Assembly (NCBI GenBank): GCA_002269645.1
Contig: NIVC01000173.1
Coordinates: 248,001 to 312,000, forward strand
DNA: 64,000 bases
Source: Macrostomum lignano
Lineage: Eukaryota
Direction of reading: 5' to 3'
Part shown: piece by piece, positions 10,825 through 24,200 of the stretch
Layout of the letters: every line of letters starts with the position of its first letter
Position numbering within the stretch: the first letter of the stretch is position 1
The notes under the pieces: model-generated
The model's input: only the letters and a program-made list of their open reading frames with translations
What the model was told of the DNA's origin: nothing
Databases searched by the model: none
Translations under genes and position numbers: made by a program

Positions 10825-13018
10825 AGCAGGGACTCGCAGAGGTCAGCGCAGCGCGCAGCGTCGCACTGAGCGGCGGCGCGAGCGCAACCGGCGAGGGCGA
10901 CTCCGTGGCGCGGCCAGGTGCCTGTTGTCCCCAGTCCCTGCTATTTCAACTATGGATCCGCCGGGTGGCGCCGGGGACCACGAGGCCAACCTCCATCTTG
11001 CCCCAGCTGTACCAGGTGGCCGCCTCAGACTCGGCACGATGAACTGCCGAACTCTGAAGGCCCCATGGCGTCACGCTCCAGGAGGTTTCTATCGTGGCTG
11101 AGCCGGGGCTCCACTCTGAAGACCTCGGAGCCGGCTGGAACCTCCTGTACATGTCGGCAGATAACCGCGGCCGGGCGGTGTCGGCGTGCTGATCGGACCG
11201 CGGCTCCACAGAGCGTGCATTGCATCTCGCTGTCCCCGCGACTGATGCGGGTCGACCTGCGACTGCGCACACGCTGCATCCGGCTGTTCTGCGCTTAATG
11301 CACCCACCGCTGCTCACCCCGAGGAGGCTCGTGCCTTCTTCGACTTCCTGGCTGGGCAGCTGGAAGAGGTGCCAAACCGCGACACGCTGGCAGTGCTCGG
11401 AGACCTGAACGCAGTCTCGCGGAGGTTCGAGCGCTCGCCCTTTGTCTCCGCTGGCTCTCCGGTCAGACCATGAACTCCTGATCTGCGAATTGCGGCTCCG
11501 CGACCAGCTCTACCGACCGCCAAAGCAGCGGCCACGGCGATACTATCGCGCACTGTTGGACACTTGCGGGAAGCGTCAATTCGCGGGTGCCTTCGTCGCC
11601 ACGCTCGGAGACCAGCGCGAGGTGGAGTATCCCGACATCAGCACCGCCGTTAGAGCCGCTGAACCTTGCCGGCGACACCCCGGAGGAGCGCAGGAACGAA
11701 TTGCGCACCTTCTTCGCCGGCATCGTGAACGCGCCTGCGTCGCCGCTGCCTGCCAGTTTTGCGCCCCCACTGGACACGCCGCTCCCAGCTGGGGGGGGGG
11801 GACTTCTGCACAAGCCCAGTCACCACGGAGGACGTTGTGCTGTTCGCTCGGAAAACACCCGGCGGCAAGGCGCTCGAAGGGCGTTTGACTCGGTGCTGAG
11901 AGCCGCGCTCCCCTTCGTCCGTCGAGCCTACCGGGTCCCACACCAGCTAATCGACGCTATCATGTCGCTGTAGCGCGATACTCAAGCTGCTGTGGTGATA
12001 GCGGACGGCCTGTCAGACCTGTTCGATACTTCATCAGGAGTTCTGCAGGGCGACACGCTAGCGCTGTTCCTCTTCGTGCTGCTGCTGGACTGGGTGCTTC
12101 GGACCGCACTCCCCTCGGCTAATGACGGCTTCCTGCTGCTCAGACGCATCGGTCGCCGCCACGGCGAAAAGTGCCTAAGCGTGCTTGGCTACGCCGACGA
12201 CCTCGCCCTCCTGTCTTCATCCATTGAAGGCGAACAGCGCCAGATCGACAGGCTGGTCGAGGTGGCATCGAGCGTTGGTCTGATCGTCAACACACTGAAG
12301 ACCGAGGTGCTGACTGTGCCGGCCGACATTTCAGCGGACCTGACGTGCCGCGGCGCAGACGGCCAGACGACCAAGCTCGCACGCTGCCAGAGGTTCACCT
12401 ACCTCGGTGGTCTGGTGCCCCACGTGGAAGAGGACCTCCGGCGGCGCAGATGACTTGCCTGGGCGGCCTTTCGTTCGATCCAAGCGTCCTCCTGTCTGAA
12501 GCGCTGCCCGACCGCCTAGAGGGCTCGGCTGTGGCAGGCGGTGGTCGAAACCGTCCTGCTATACAACGCCGAGACGTGGACGCTGACGGCCACGCTAGAG
12601 CGGCAGCGGACTCGGCGCACTCAGCGCTGCTCCATGCGGTCTTTCGAGCTGACGAGAGCGTCGGGACCGAGGGCGTAGGGACCGAGGCCTTGTACGATCG
12701 GGCCAAGCTGCCGCGCCCGTCCTCCATCCTGCGCCGGCGACGACTTCAACTGGCGGGCCACGTGATCCGGGCCGAGGGCTACTGCCGCCAACCTGTTCAG
12801 GACGTCCTGCTGCTCACCTTGCAGGGTCCGTTAGGGCGGGGTCACGCCCGAACCCGTCGATACGTGGACTGCCTCCTATGCGACGCTGGGGCGCCCGACA
12901 CTGCCAACAAAGCGGACTTTCTTCGCTCCCAAGCTCTGCGGCGCGCTATCTGACGCGGCTTGCTTTAAATGTGACCTTGCTTGCAGGGCCGCGTATTTTG
13001 TTGTTGTTGTTGTTGTTG
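10694..13018 (+). mobile_element. Near-full-length RTE-clade non-LTR retrotransposon (APE + RT), frameshifted and internally deleted, (TTG)n tail
   Basis: APE motifs LRLGTMNCRTL, VLGDLNA, SDHELLICEL; RT motifs GVLQGDTLA, YADDLALL, FTYLG; C-terminus LQLAGHVIRAE...RRAI* (stop 12951-12953); tail ttgttg at ~12998-13018. Confidence 0.93.
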
Positions 13019-15199
13019 ACTGTAGATCCTTTCAAGGATCTTTTACCGGACCTTTGTTTAAATGAACAAGATCGAGGTTCCCGGAAATTCACTAGCCAGT
13101 TAATTAAAATTCACCCAGATCGTCAAATTAAATCCGCGAACTTGATTGATTGATTGAACCAAAGACTATTCATTCTCAAGTAGACTCAAGTCTCGTCTCG
13201 AGTAAGTAGCGAATCGAACTCGAACTCCAACTCAAGCCTGCAGAACATAGACCGGCTCTATTCGTATCCGCGGCTGTCAGTTCATCTCTAATCAGTGTAG
13301 AACGTAGACCAGCTCTATCCACTCCACCATATTTTTGTATATTGTATATTATTACTTGTATAGTGTATTTATAGGGGTTGGACGATATTGAATTTTCGAA
13401 ATTTTCTATATTCGACATTTTTCGACGATACGATACGAGATTTGATCGAGATTTCGAGATATTTAATTCAAACAAGACAAAGCTAAAAGCTGAAAATAGC
13501 AGTTCTCTTTGTAAGCCTACAACATACATACTTTTTAAAAATATATTTAGAAAACAAATGTAAGCTTTCTGCACTTTTGCTAAAACCACAACCTTTAATT
13601 CCTAAAAAACACGAAAATTTTTGGGTGCATCATTTTTTCAAATATGGCTAAATCCCTTGATAAGTTGATATGAGTGGCACTATGAGTTGATTTTTTGGCA
13701 CTAGGGCCTAAATTTGATTCATTTTGCATTCTGTTTATGGGCCTACTGATGTCTAAGTCTAAGTAATCTATGCTATATTCAGAAGATTGATATTTACAAT
13801 ACATTTAGTCTAAGGCTCTTTATTTTACTTTATTTTATATCTCAGATTCTTGTCACTTTTTATATCAAGATTCAATTGAGAAAGAAGTAAAAATCTTGAG
13901 TATAAGATAAAGTTGTAAAACTGCAGATAGCATCTAGTGCACTTTTGAAATTTTTCTAAAGCACAATGCATACATAGACATGCAGCGCCTGCATAGGCCT
14001 ATGCACTGCCCTTTTTTGTTGGCTGCTGCTCTAGCAAATAAATATATATGGAATGGAAGGGGGCCTAATACCTCTGTGGAAGGGGCCTATATACTTGTTA
14101 GTTACAATGCTTAAAGATGTTCCAAAAATTATATTTTAATTTTTCAAAATTTAAATTTTAAAAAGCAATTTTTTATTTAAAAAAATCAAAAGTCCAAATT
14201 TTAGATGTCTAAAAAGTTGCTAAAATAAACTAGGCCTAATTTCTACTAAATAGGCCTATGCATATATTTTGTTTTGCATCATAAGCAGAATATCAAAGTA
14301 AAAAAGTGAGTATTTATTGCTTACTAAACTTTGTTTTTCTAAATTTTGATTTTAGAAAATTTCAATTTCAAAAAGTTAGCAAATTTAGATTTTGATAGAC
14401 AATGCTCTTTTGGAACATCTCTAGGCCCTAAAGTGTGGTAAAATAATTTGACTCTATTCTGAAGCACACATTTGCATGTTTTCAAAATGTATTCCAATAG
14501 GTATAGAGTATCAATTGTGAGATAGAGATCTTGTCTGACCTTTAGTGTATTATTGAATATTGTATATTAGTATTAGCCTGGACTAGACTTTATACAATCA
14601 TAGGCCCTACATAGTCATAAATGAAATATATTATTTTTTTATACTAAGATAAGATTAATTTCATCCATAACTAATATTGTCCTATTGACTAAGACTATTG
14701 CATTTGTTGATTTTCTAGCTAATTATATTATCCTATATACTAAAAATGAGTTGTTTGTAGCTATGCGATAGATTTCAGAAAAATTGGCTCAACTAATTTT
14801 CTTCAAACTTGCACCATTCGATCAGAAATTCTCCTGGGACGGTACATGCATCTTGGCTAAGAAATTACTATATATTAAAGAGATTAAATATTCGAAAAAC
14901 ATGCTTTTTTGCAAAGGTCAAGCAAAATTTTCGACTTGAAATGCATTGTAAGAATGCTAGAAAAAAACCTGACTGACTAAATTTCAATTCTGATAAAGAT
15001 TGCATCATAACAAGTAGAAAACAGTGCCGAAGAAATGTACACACGACTTGATTTAAATTGCATAACCAATATTGCTAACTTGAACTGAGACTGATACTGG
15101 CTGACTGAGAAATTGATTATGTCATAACTTTTTACTCTAATTGACTTGCTATAAGAATTAAATTATAAGGGCAACAGTTCATGTTCTCCAATTGAAAAG

Positions 15200-15270
15200 A
15201 GATAGCCTAGATGCGAACAGACTGGACTGCTAATGTAGCGACCTAGGTTCGAATCTTAGTAGTGCAAAAT
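15200..15270 (+). mobile_element. tRNA-derived SINE-like head (degenerate)
   Basis: A-box-like TAGCCTAGATG and B box GGTTCGAATCT (15246-56) within a T-arm CTAGG/CTTAG. No complete cloverleaf or acceptor stem. Confidence 0.4.
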
Positions 15271-15321
15271 AATTTTTTTTATCAAAACACCCTAAAACAC
15301 AAAAAGCTAAACATAAAGGAA

Positions 15322-17207
15322 GCGCAATGTCAAACATTAAAGAGCCAACTATCTAAAACATTAAAGAGCCACCATGTCAAACATATACATGACTCAATGT
15401 CAAACATATGACTCCATGTCAGACTTTAAAGAGCCACCATGTCGAAAATTAAAGAGCCACCATTCGAACATTAAAGAGCCACCATGTCAAACATAAAAGA
15501 GCCACCATGTAAAACATATACGTGACTCCATGTCAAACATATACGTGACTCCATGTCAAACATATACGTGACTCCATGTCAAACATATACGTGACTCCAT
15601 ATCAGACATTAAAGAGCCACCATGTCGAACATTAAAGAGCCTCCATGTCAAACAGATACATGACTCCATGTCAAACATATACATGACTCCATGTCAAACA
15701 TTAAAGAGCCACCATGTCAAGCATTAAAGAGCCACCATGTCGAACACTAAATAAACACGATGTTGAACATTAAAGAGCCACGATGTTGAAAATTAAAGAG
15801 CCAGACCAGGTTAAACATAAATAAGTCACCATGTCAAACATTAAAGAGCTACCATGTCTAACATTAAAGAGTCGCCATGTCAAACATATACATGACTCCA
15901 TGTAAGACATTAAAGAGCCAGGCCAGGTTAAACATAAATAAGCCACCATGTCAAACATTAAAGAGCCACCATGTCAAACATTAAAGAGCCGCCATGTCAA
16001 ACATATACATGACTCCATGTCAGACATTCAAGAGCCACCATGTCGAACATTAAAGAGCCACTATGTTGAACTTTAAAGAGCCACTATGTCAAACATTAAA
16101 GAATCACAATGTAAAACATTAATGAGCCGGCATGTCAAAAATTAAAGAGCCACCATGTCAAACATCAAAGAGCCACCATGTCAAACATATACATGACTCC
16201 ATGTCGAACATTCAAGGGCCACCATGTCAAACATTAAGGAGCCACCATGTCAAACATAAAAGAGCTATCATGTCAAACATTAAAGAGCCATCATGTCAAA
16301 CATAAAAGAGCCACCATGTCAAACATAAAAGAGCCACCATGCCAAACATTAAAGAGCCACCATGTCAAACATATACGTGACTCAAACATGAAAAACCTGA
16401 TGACAAACGTGGCGAACATTGAAGAGCCACCATGTCGAACATGAAAAAGAGCCACCATGTCAAAAATTAAAGAGCTGCAATGTCAAACATTGAAGAGAAG
16501 TCATGTCTAACATTAAAGAGCCACCATGTCTAACATTAGAGAGCCACCATGTCTAACATTAAAGAGCCACCATGTCAAGCATAAAAGAGCCACCATGTCG
16601 AACATAAAAGAACCACCATGTCGAACAAAAAAGAGCCACCATGTCAAACATTAAAGAGCCACCATGTCGAACATTAAAGAGCCACCATGTCCAACATAAA
16701 AGAGCCACCATGTCAAAAATTAAAGAGCCATCATGTCAAACAAAAAGGAGCCACCATGTCAAACATAAAAGAGCCACCATGTCAAAAATTAAAGAGCCGC
16801 AATGTCAAACATTGAAGAGAAATCATGTCTAACATTAAAGAGCCACCATGTCTAACATTAGAGAGCCACCATGTCTAACATTAAAGAGCCACCATGTCAA
16901 GCATAAAAGAGCCACCATGTCGAACATTAAAGAACCACCATGTCGAACAAAAAAGAGCCACCATGTCAAACATTAAAGAGCCACCATGTCAAATGTTAAA
17001 GAGCCACCATGTCGAACATTAAAGAGCCACCATGTCCAACATATATGTGACTCCATGTCAAACATAAAAGAGCTACCATGAAGAACATTAAAGAGCCACC
17101 ATGTAAAACATTAAAGAGCCACCATATCAAACATAAAAGAGCCATCATGTCAAACATAAAAGAGCCATCATGTCAAACATAAAAGAGCCACCATGTCGAA
17201 CATAAAA
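15322..17207. repeat. 23-bp minisatellite with two interspersed unit types sharing the core CCATGTCAAACAT
   Basis: Units aaagagccaccatgtcaaacatt and atacatgactccatgtcaaacat. Confidence 0.95.
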
Positions 17208-17308
17208 TTTACACAATTTCAAACGTAAAAGTAAGTGTCATACTAATTTTAAAGGAGCCACTATAGAGCTAAGGAAATTGTAGCACTAGCTACTTATTGT
17301 ATGGTGGA

Positions 17309-17480
17309 TGCTTACTATTTGGGGATGCTTGCTATCTGGGGGATGCTTGCTATCTGGGGGATGCTTGCTATCTGGGGGATGCTTGCTATCTGGGGGATGC
17401 TTGCTATCTAGGGGATGCTTGCTATCTAGGGGATGCTTGCTATCTGGGGGGTACTTGCTATCTGGGGGATGCTTGCTGTC
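17309..17480. repeat. 18-bp minisatellite (GGGGATGCTTGCTATCTG)n, ~9 copies
   Basis: Direct tandem units. Confidence 0.92.
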
Positions 17481-18215
17481 TTGGGATGATTTCTTCTTGC
17501 ATTACACTTTATTTGAGCAGTTTGTCTGTCGTCTTTGTGAAGGCTTTATTTGGTTGTCTTTTTGTTACTTGTAGAGAACAGAGATTCTATCCAGATGTCC
17601 CCCAACGGGGGGCGAAGATTGCTAGTTTATTACTCTTATTGTTTGATACATTGTGATTTCTGCATTCTGCCTAGTGCTCTGAATTTCAAAGTGAAGAAAT
17701 ACAATCAAGCGCGATAATGGGAATAACTATGACTCTTTTAAGAGTTGTATATAGCTATAAGTAATTATTGAATGTGTAACTATGGATCTATGGAGTAACT
17801 ATGGTCTAACATGAGCCATTGTTTGTTTTAGCCTAGATACATAGGCCTGTATAAAGGGGCTATATAGCAAAAGTTAGATGAGTAGAGCTTAGATAATTCT
17901 TGATGAGTGTCTTTATTGGTGCAAAATGTTTTGAAATCTCTAAATATTGATTATTTTTTTTAGGGTACTTTACAGTTCAGACTTCATACTTTACAATAAA
18001 TATGTCTTTTGCATGTGTCTTTTTAAGTCATGGAACCTTCATTGACACATATTTTTGTCATGTTTATAACTCTAATTAAGTGTAAGGTATTATAAATTTA
18101 TTATCTTATTATATTATTAAATATAGGTCCATTTTACTTTCATCTAGATACAAACAGACCTACTATGAATCAAAATTAACCATAGTAATATTGATTTATT
18201 TATGCTATTTCAACT

Positions 18216-21200
18216 ATGAATCAAAATAATATCATTCAGCCATTGCTTACTGGTAAGTTATTTGAAAGTGTTTTTTTCAGTGCCAACTTATTTATTCTAT
18301 AGTAATTATTTAATTATTAAAAATGATACTTATGATATCCTTTTTTCATCAGACTTCTACCAGATATCCATGGCATATGCCTATTGGAAGGCCAACAAAG
18401 TCAATGACACAGCTGTGTTTGACCTATATTTTCGAAAGTGTCCATTCCAGGGCGAATTTGCCTTATTTGCTGGTCTAGAAGAGTGTCTAAAATTTGTTCA
18501 GCGATTTCGGTATTCAGAACAAGGTGAGATTGAGTGCTATTCTTTGTAATCTAATTGACAGTCATAGCTTTTATGTTGATTTAGAATCCCTTTGTAATTC
18601 GTGAAATGTTTAAATTATCAAGTTTCAGGCCTATTTAATGCTGAGCTTATCAATTATCGAGCTTATCAATTGTTGAGCTTATCAATTATCGAGCTTATCA
18701 ATTGTTGAGCTTATTAATTATCGAGCTTTTCAATTATCGAGCTTATCAATTATCGAGCTTATCAATTGTTGAGCTTATCAATTATCGAGCTTATCAATTG
18801 TTGAGCTTATTAATTATCGAGCTTTTCAATTATCGAGCTTATCAATTATCGAGCTTATCAATTGTTGAGCTTATCAATTATCGAGCTTATCAATTGTTGA
18901 GCTTATTAATTATCGAGCTTTTCAATTATCGAGCTTATCAATTATCGAGCTTATCAATTGTTGAGCTTATCAATTATCGAGCTTATCAATTGTTGAGCTT
19001 ATCAATTATCGAGCTTATCAATTGTTGAGCTTATCAATTGTTGAGCTTATCAATTATCGAGCTTATCAATTGTTGAGCTTATCAATTATCGAGCTTATCA
19101 ATTGTTGAGCTTATCAATTATCGAGCTTATCAATTATCAAGCATATTAAGTATCAAGCTTATCGATTATCGAGCTTATAAATTATCAAGCTTATCAATTA
19201 TCGAGTGGAAATTCAAGATTAGAAAGTGTTATAAAGAGTATGCAAGCTGACTATGGAAAAGAAAGACAACTTGCTATTCAATACAAGTTCTGTACACCCC
19301 ATTTCTATTCAAAATATCACGCGCAGACATTACCTACCTTCGGACTGTTCTGCCACCAAGTGCTGATTCGGAATTTTTCGACTACTTAGCCACCCTCACC
19401 GCCCAAGGCGTGAGTCTCTACGCTGTGGAAGAGGGCAGCGCTGTGTTCCCAAAAGTGCCGCTAATCCGAGTCGAAGGCCCGCTAATAGTTTGCCAACTGT
19501 TGGAGACCACCCTGTTGAATTTGGTTAACTTTGCCAGCCTGCAGGCTACCAATGCGGCAAGGTTTAGACTGGCCACTGGGCCCACTAAACAGCTGTTGGA
19601 GTTTGGCCTTCGCCGGGCTCAAGGACCGGACGGCGCTCTGTCGGCCAGTCGCTACTGTTTTGTTGGCGGATTCAATGGCACTAGCAATGTGCTAGCTGGG
19701 AAACTATACGGCATTCCAGTTAAAGGCACCCACGCGCACGCTTTCGTTACTTCGTTTTATAGTTTGGATGAAGTGAAGGAGAGAATGCTCAAGAATAAGT
19801 CTACTGGTCGACTGGGAGATTTTATTGAGGCCGTGAATCAGTGCCGGCGTACAGTTGAGGCTCAAGTTGGCCTGCCAACTGCCAATGTCAACGTTGGCGA
19901 GTTGACCGCCTTTGCGGCTTACGCTTTGGCTTTTCCCGGCTCTTTTCTGGCCTTGATTGACACCTATAATGTGCTCAAGTGAGTTTTTGCTACTTATGTA
20001 ATGCTTTCTATGGCGCTTGAATATGCTGGGTGGTTGGGTAAGCATAAAATAAGTAATGGAGAACATGGGGAGAGAGAGAGACTAAAAGACAGAGAGGGAG
20101 GGGGAGATGGGGCTAGTGAGATGGAAACGGAGAGAATGAGAGTAGGTAAAGAAAGATAGGGGGAGACCGGAAGAGTGAGATTGAGACGGGGAGAATGAGA
20201 GGGAGATTAAGAGAGTGAGATGGAGACGGGGAGAGTGAGAGGGAGATGAGGAGAGTGAGAGGGAGATGGGGAGAGTGAGAGGGAGATGGGGAGAGTGGGA
20301 GGGAGATGAGGAGAGAGGGAGAGGGAGAGTGAGAGGAGAGTGGGAGAGTGAGAGGGAAATGGGGAGAGTGAGAGGGAATGGGGAGAGTGAGAGGGAGATG
20401 GGGAGAGGGAGATGAGAGTGAGAGGGAATGGGAGAGAGTGAGAGGGAGATAGGGAGAGTGAGAGGGAGAGATGAGAGGGAGAGGGAGAGAGAGGGAGAAG
20501 AGGGAGAGTGAGAGGGAGATAGGGAGAGTGGGAGGGAGATGAGGAGAGGGAGATGGGGAGAGTGAGAGGGAGATGGGGAGAGTGAGAGGAAGATGGGGAG
20601 AGTGAGAGAGGGAGAGCCTCCAAACCCTAAGGCGCTGACACGGCAAAGCACCAAGACAAACAAAAAAGTTTAAAAGGAGTTAGTTGCCGATATTTCGAAT
20701 ACGAAATTCTTCGTCAGGGCAAATGAATTAAAATGAATATAATTCATTTTATATTCGAGAGTGAGAGGGAGATGGGGAGAGAGAGGGGGAGATAGGGAGA
20801 GTGAGAGGAAGATGGGGAGAGTGAGAGGGAGATAGGGAGAGGGAGATGGGAGAGTGAGAGGGAGATGGGGAGAGTGAGAGGGAGATAGGGAGAGTGAGAG
20901 GGAGATAGGGAGAGTGAGAGGGAGATGGGGAGAGTGGGAGAGAGAATGAGAAGGGAGAGTGAGAGTGAGGGAGAGTATTGAATGAAAATCAGGCAGTCTA
21001 GACAGAGCGGTGACTATCGAGATTCCAATGCTCATTTTAGAGCAAATCGACCTCCTAAAGAAACACCGCCATCATTAATAAATCGATAAACGCATGACCC
21101 TCTCCCCTCCCACAGCTTAACTCTCTGTTGAAAATTCACTTCTTAGTTGTTGTCTGTTGCCATTAGCAACGCGGCTTCCAAGCTCAAGACTGTTTTACTT

Positions 21201-24200
21201 TCCCTTCCGTTTTGGAGGCAGCTTTTCTATGGGAAGTTTAAACATCCTCTAGCTAGGGGGAGGAGGGAAGGAGCCCAGGAAAGACTTGACTAAAAAAATT
21301 CCAAAGCACTGAGTGCTGCCCCGTGTCTCACTCACTCTATTGCGCTAATTAGAAAACCCTGTGCGGCTATGCAGATGTAAACTTTTAAGTGTGTGTGTGT
21401 GCGCGCGTATTCTTCTCTGTTCTAGTTGGTTAAGTTAACTTGCTTCTTTATTAGTAGCTTGATTATAATCTTAAAACACATGCTTAGCATCTAATTTTTT
21501 CTAAAGAGACTATCAGCTACTTAAAGTAAGATATATGATTTTTTGTACTTTTTTCGAGCAGGGTTCAGAAAACTTTACATCAAGGATCAGATAGATTAGG
21601 TGGAGAAGAGAGAAAATTAGAAAAAAAGAGCTGAAAAGAGACAAACCTTAAGCAGCCCATATTGCTATTATTGTGATATTTCAAAGGACACAAGGGCCAG
21701 ATAGAGAGGTTTTGCGGGCCGGAGTTTGAAATATGAACTGCAGAAAATATGAAAATTGAATAAAAAAGCACTCAGCTTGGAAAAAAACATAATGCTAATT
21801 TGGCATCTGGAGTCAAATTTCAGTGTGCTAACAATTACTTTTAAAATTTTTCTACTCGTAAATTTTCCGAACTGTACTTTTATATGTCCTAAAATGTATT
21901 TTTAGATGCCCTACTAAGAATGTACTTTTAGATGTACTTTAGTAATGTACTTTTAGGTGCCCTAATAAAGTACTTTTTGTGTACTTTAATAATGTACTTT
22001 TAAAGTTCTTTATGCATGTAATTTTAGGTGCCTTTCAATCGTCTACTTTAAATTCCATTCAATCATGTACTCTCACATGTCTGAAGGCATGTAATAAAAT
22101 GTTCTTTCAAAGTTAAAAGTACTTAAAACCGTCAACATAGTCGCATGCACTTATTCCCACCCAGATCCGGTGTAATCAATTTCATAGTCGTCGCCTTGGC
22201 ACTGGACCAGTTCGGCTATCGGCCAATTGGGGTCAGGCTGGATAGCGGAGACCTTGCCTACCTTTCTGTGCAGGTTCGGGAACTGTTTCGGCAGGTGGCT
22301 GGCAGGTACGTCTGTGAGTTTGGTTATGTAAAAAGAGAGACAAAATTTCCCGCAGCAAAGTTTTAACTTGTAAAAAATCCCATTCAGCTACAGCAGAAAT
22401 CCAAATCCAATTTAGCTACAAAAGAAATCCCAAATCCTAAATCCCATTCAGCTACAAGAAAAATCCCAAATCCTAAATCCCATTCAGCTACAAGAAAAAT
22501 CCCAAATCCGATTGAGCTACAACAGAAATCCGAAGTCCTATTCAGCTACAACAGAAATCCCAAATCCCATTCAGCTACAACAGAAATCCCAAATCCGATT
22601 GAGCTACAACAGAAATCCCAAATCCCATTGAGCTACAAGAGAAATTCCAAATGCCATTGAGCTACAACAGAAATCCCAAATCCCATTCAGCTATAACAGA
22701 AATCCCAAATCCCATTGAGCTACAACAGAAATCCCAAATCCCATTGAGCTACAACAGAAATCCCAAATCCCATTGAGCTACAACAGAAATCCCAAATCCC
22801 ATTCAGCTATAACAGAAATCCCAAATCCCATTGAGCTACAACAGAAATCCCAAATCCCATTGAGCTACAAGAGAAATCCCAAATCCCATTGAGCTACAAG
22901 AGAAATTCTAAATCCCATTCAGCTACAACAGAAATCCCAAATCCCATTAAGCTACAACAGAAATCCCAAATCCCTTCTTTCCAGCCTAAAAATGCCCTGG
23001 TTCGAACACCTGACCATCGTGGCCAGCAACGACATAAACGAGGACACGATCCATTCGCTGAACCAGCAGGGCCATCAGATTGACAGCTTCGGCATTGGTA
23101 CTCACCTGGTCACGTGCCAGAAGCAGCCGGCACTGGGCTGCGTCTACAAACTAGTAGAAGTAAACGGCCGGCCAACTATAAAGCTGAGCGAAGACGTTGA
23201 GAAGATGACAATTCCGGGTAGGAAGCGAGTATTTCGAGTGTTCGGCCAGGACGGCTTGGCCATTTTGGATCTGATGCAGTGCGCCGATGAGAAACCGCCT
23301 CAGGCTGGTAGTCGAGTGCTGGCGAGGCATAGTTTTCACGTGAGCATTTTTTCAGATAATGGATTAGTGTCTAGTAATGGATTAGTGTCTGGTAATGGAT
23401 TAGTGTCTAGTAATGGATTAGTGTCTAGTAATGGATTAGTGTCTAGTAATGGATTAGTGTCTGATAATGGATTAGTGTCTAGTAATGGATTAGTGTCTAG
23501 TAATGGATTAGTGTCTAGTAATGGATTAGTGTCTAGTAATGGATTAGTGTCTAGTAATAGATTAGTGTCTGATAATGGATTAGTGTCTGATAATGGATTA
23601 GTGTCTGATAATGGATTAGTGTCTAGTAATGGATTAGTGTCTGATAATGGATTAGTGTGTAGTAATGGATTAGTGTCTAGTAATGGATTAGTGTCTAGTA
23701 ATGGATTAGTGTCTGGTAATGGATTAGTGTCTGATAATGGATTAGTGTCTGATAATGGATTAGTGTCTGATAATGGATTAGTGTCTGATAATGGATTAGT
23801 GTCTGATAATGGATTAGTGTCTGATAATGGATTAGTTTCTGATAATGGATTAGTGTCTGATAATGGATTAGTGTCTGATAATGGATTAGTGTGTAGTAAT
23901 GGATTAGTGTCTAGTAATGGATTAGTGTCTAGTAATGGATTAGTGTCTGATAATGGATTAGTGTCTGATAATGGATTAGTGTCTGATAATGGATTAGTGT
24001 CTGATAATGGATTAGTGTCTGATAATGGATTAGTGTCTGATAATGGATTAGTGTCTGATAATGGATTAGTTTCTGATAATGGATTAGTGTCTGATAATGG
24101 ATTAGTGTCTGATAATGGATTAGTGTGTAGTAATGGATTAGTGTCTAGTAATGGATTAGTGTGTAGTAATGGATTAGTGTCTGATAATGGATTAGTGTCT

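Noticed and set aside
15200-15270. Functional tRNA gene
   Set aside because: Has A/B boxes and a T-arm but no acceptor stem or proper anticodon arm; treated as SINE-like.
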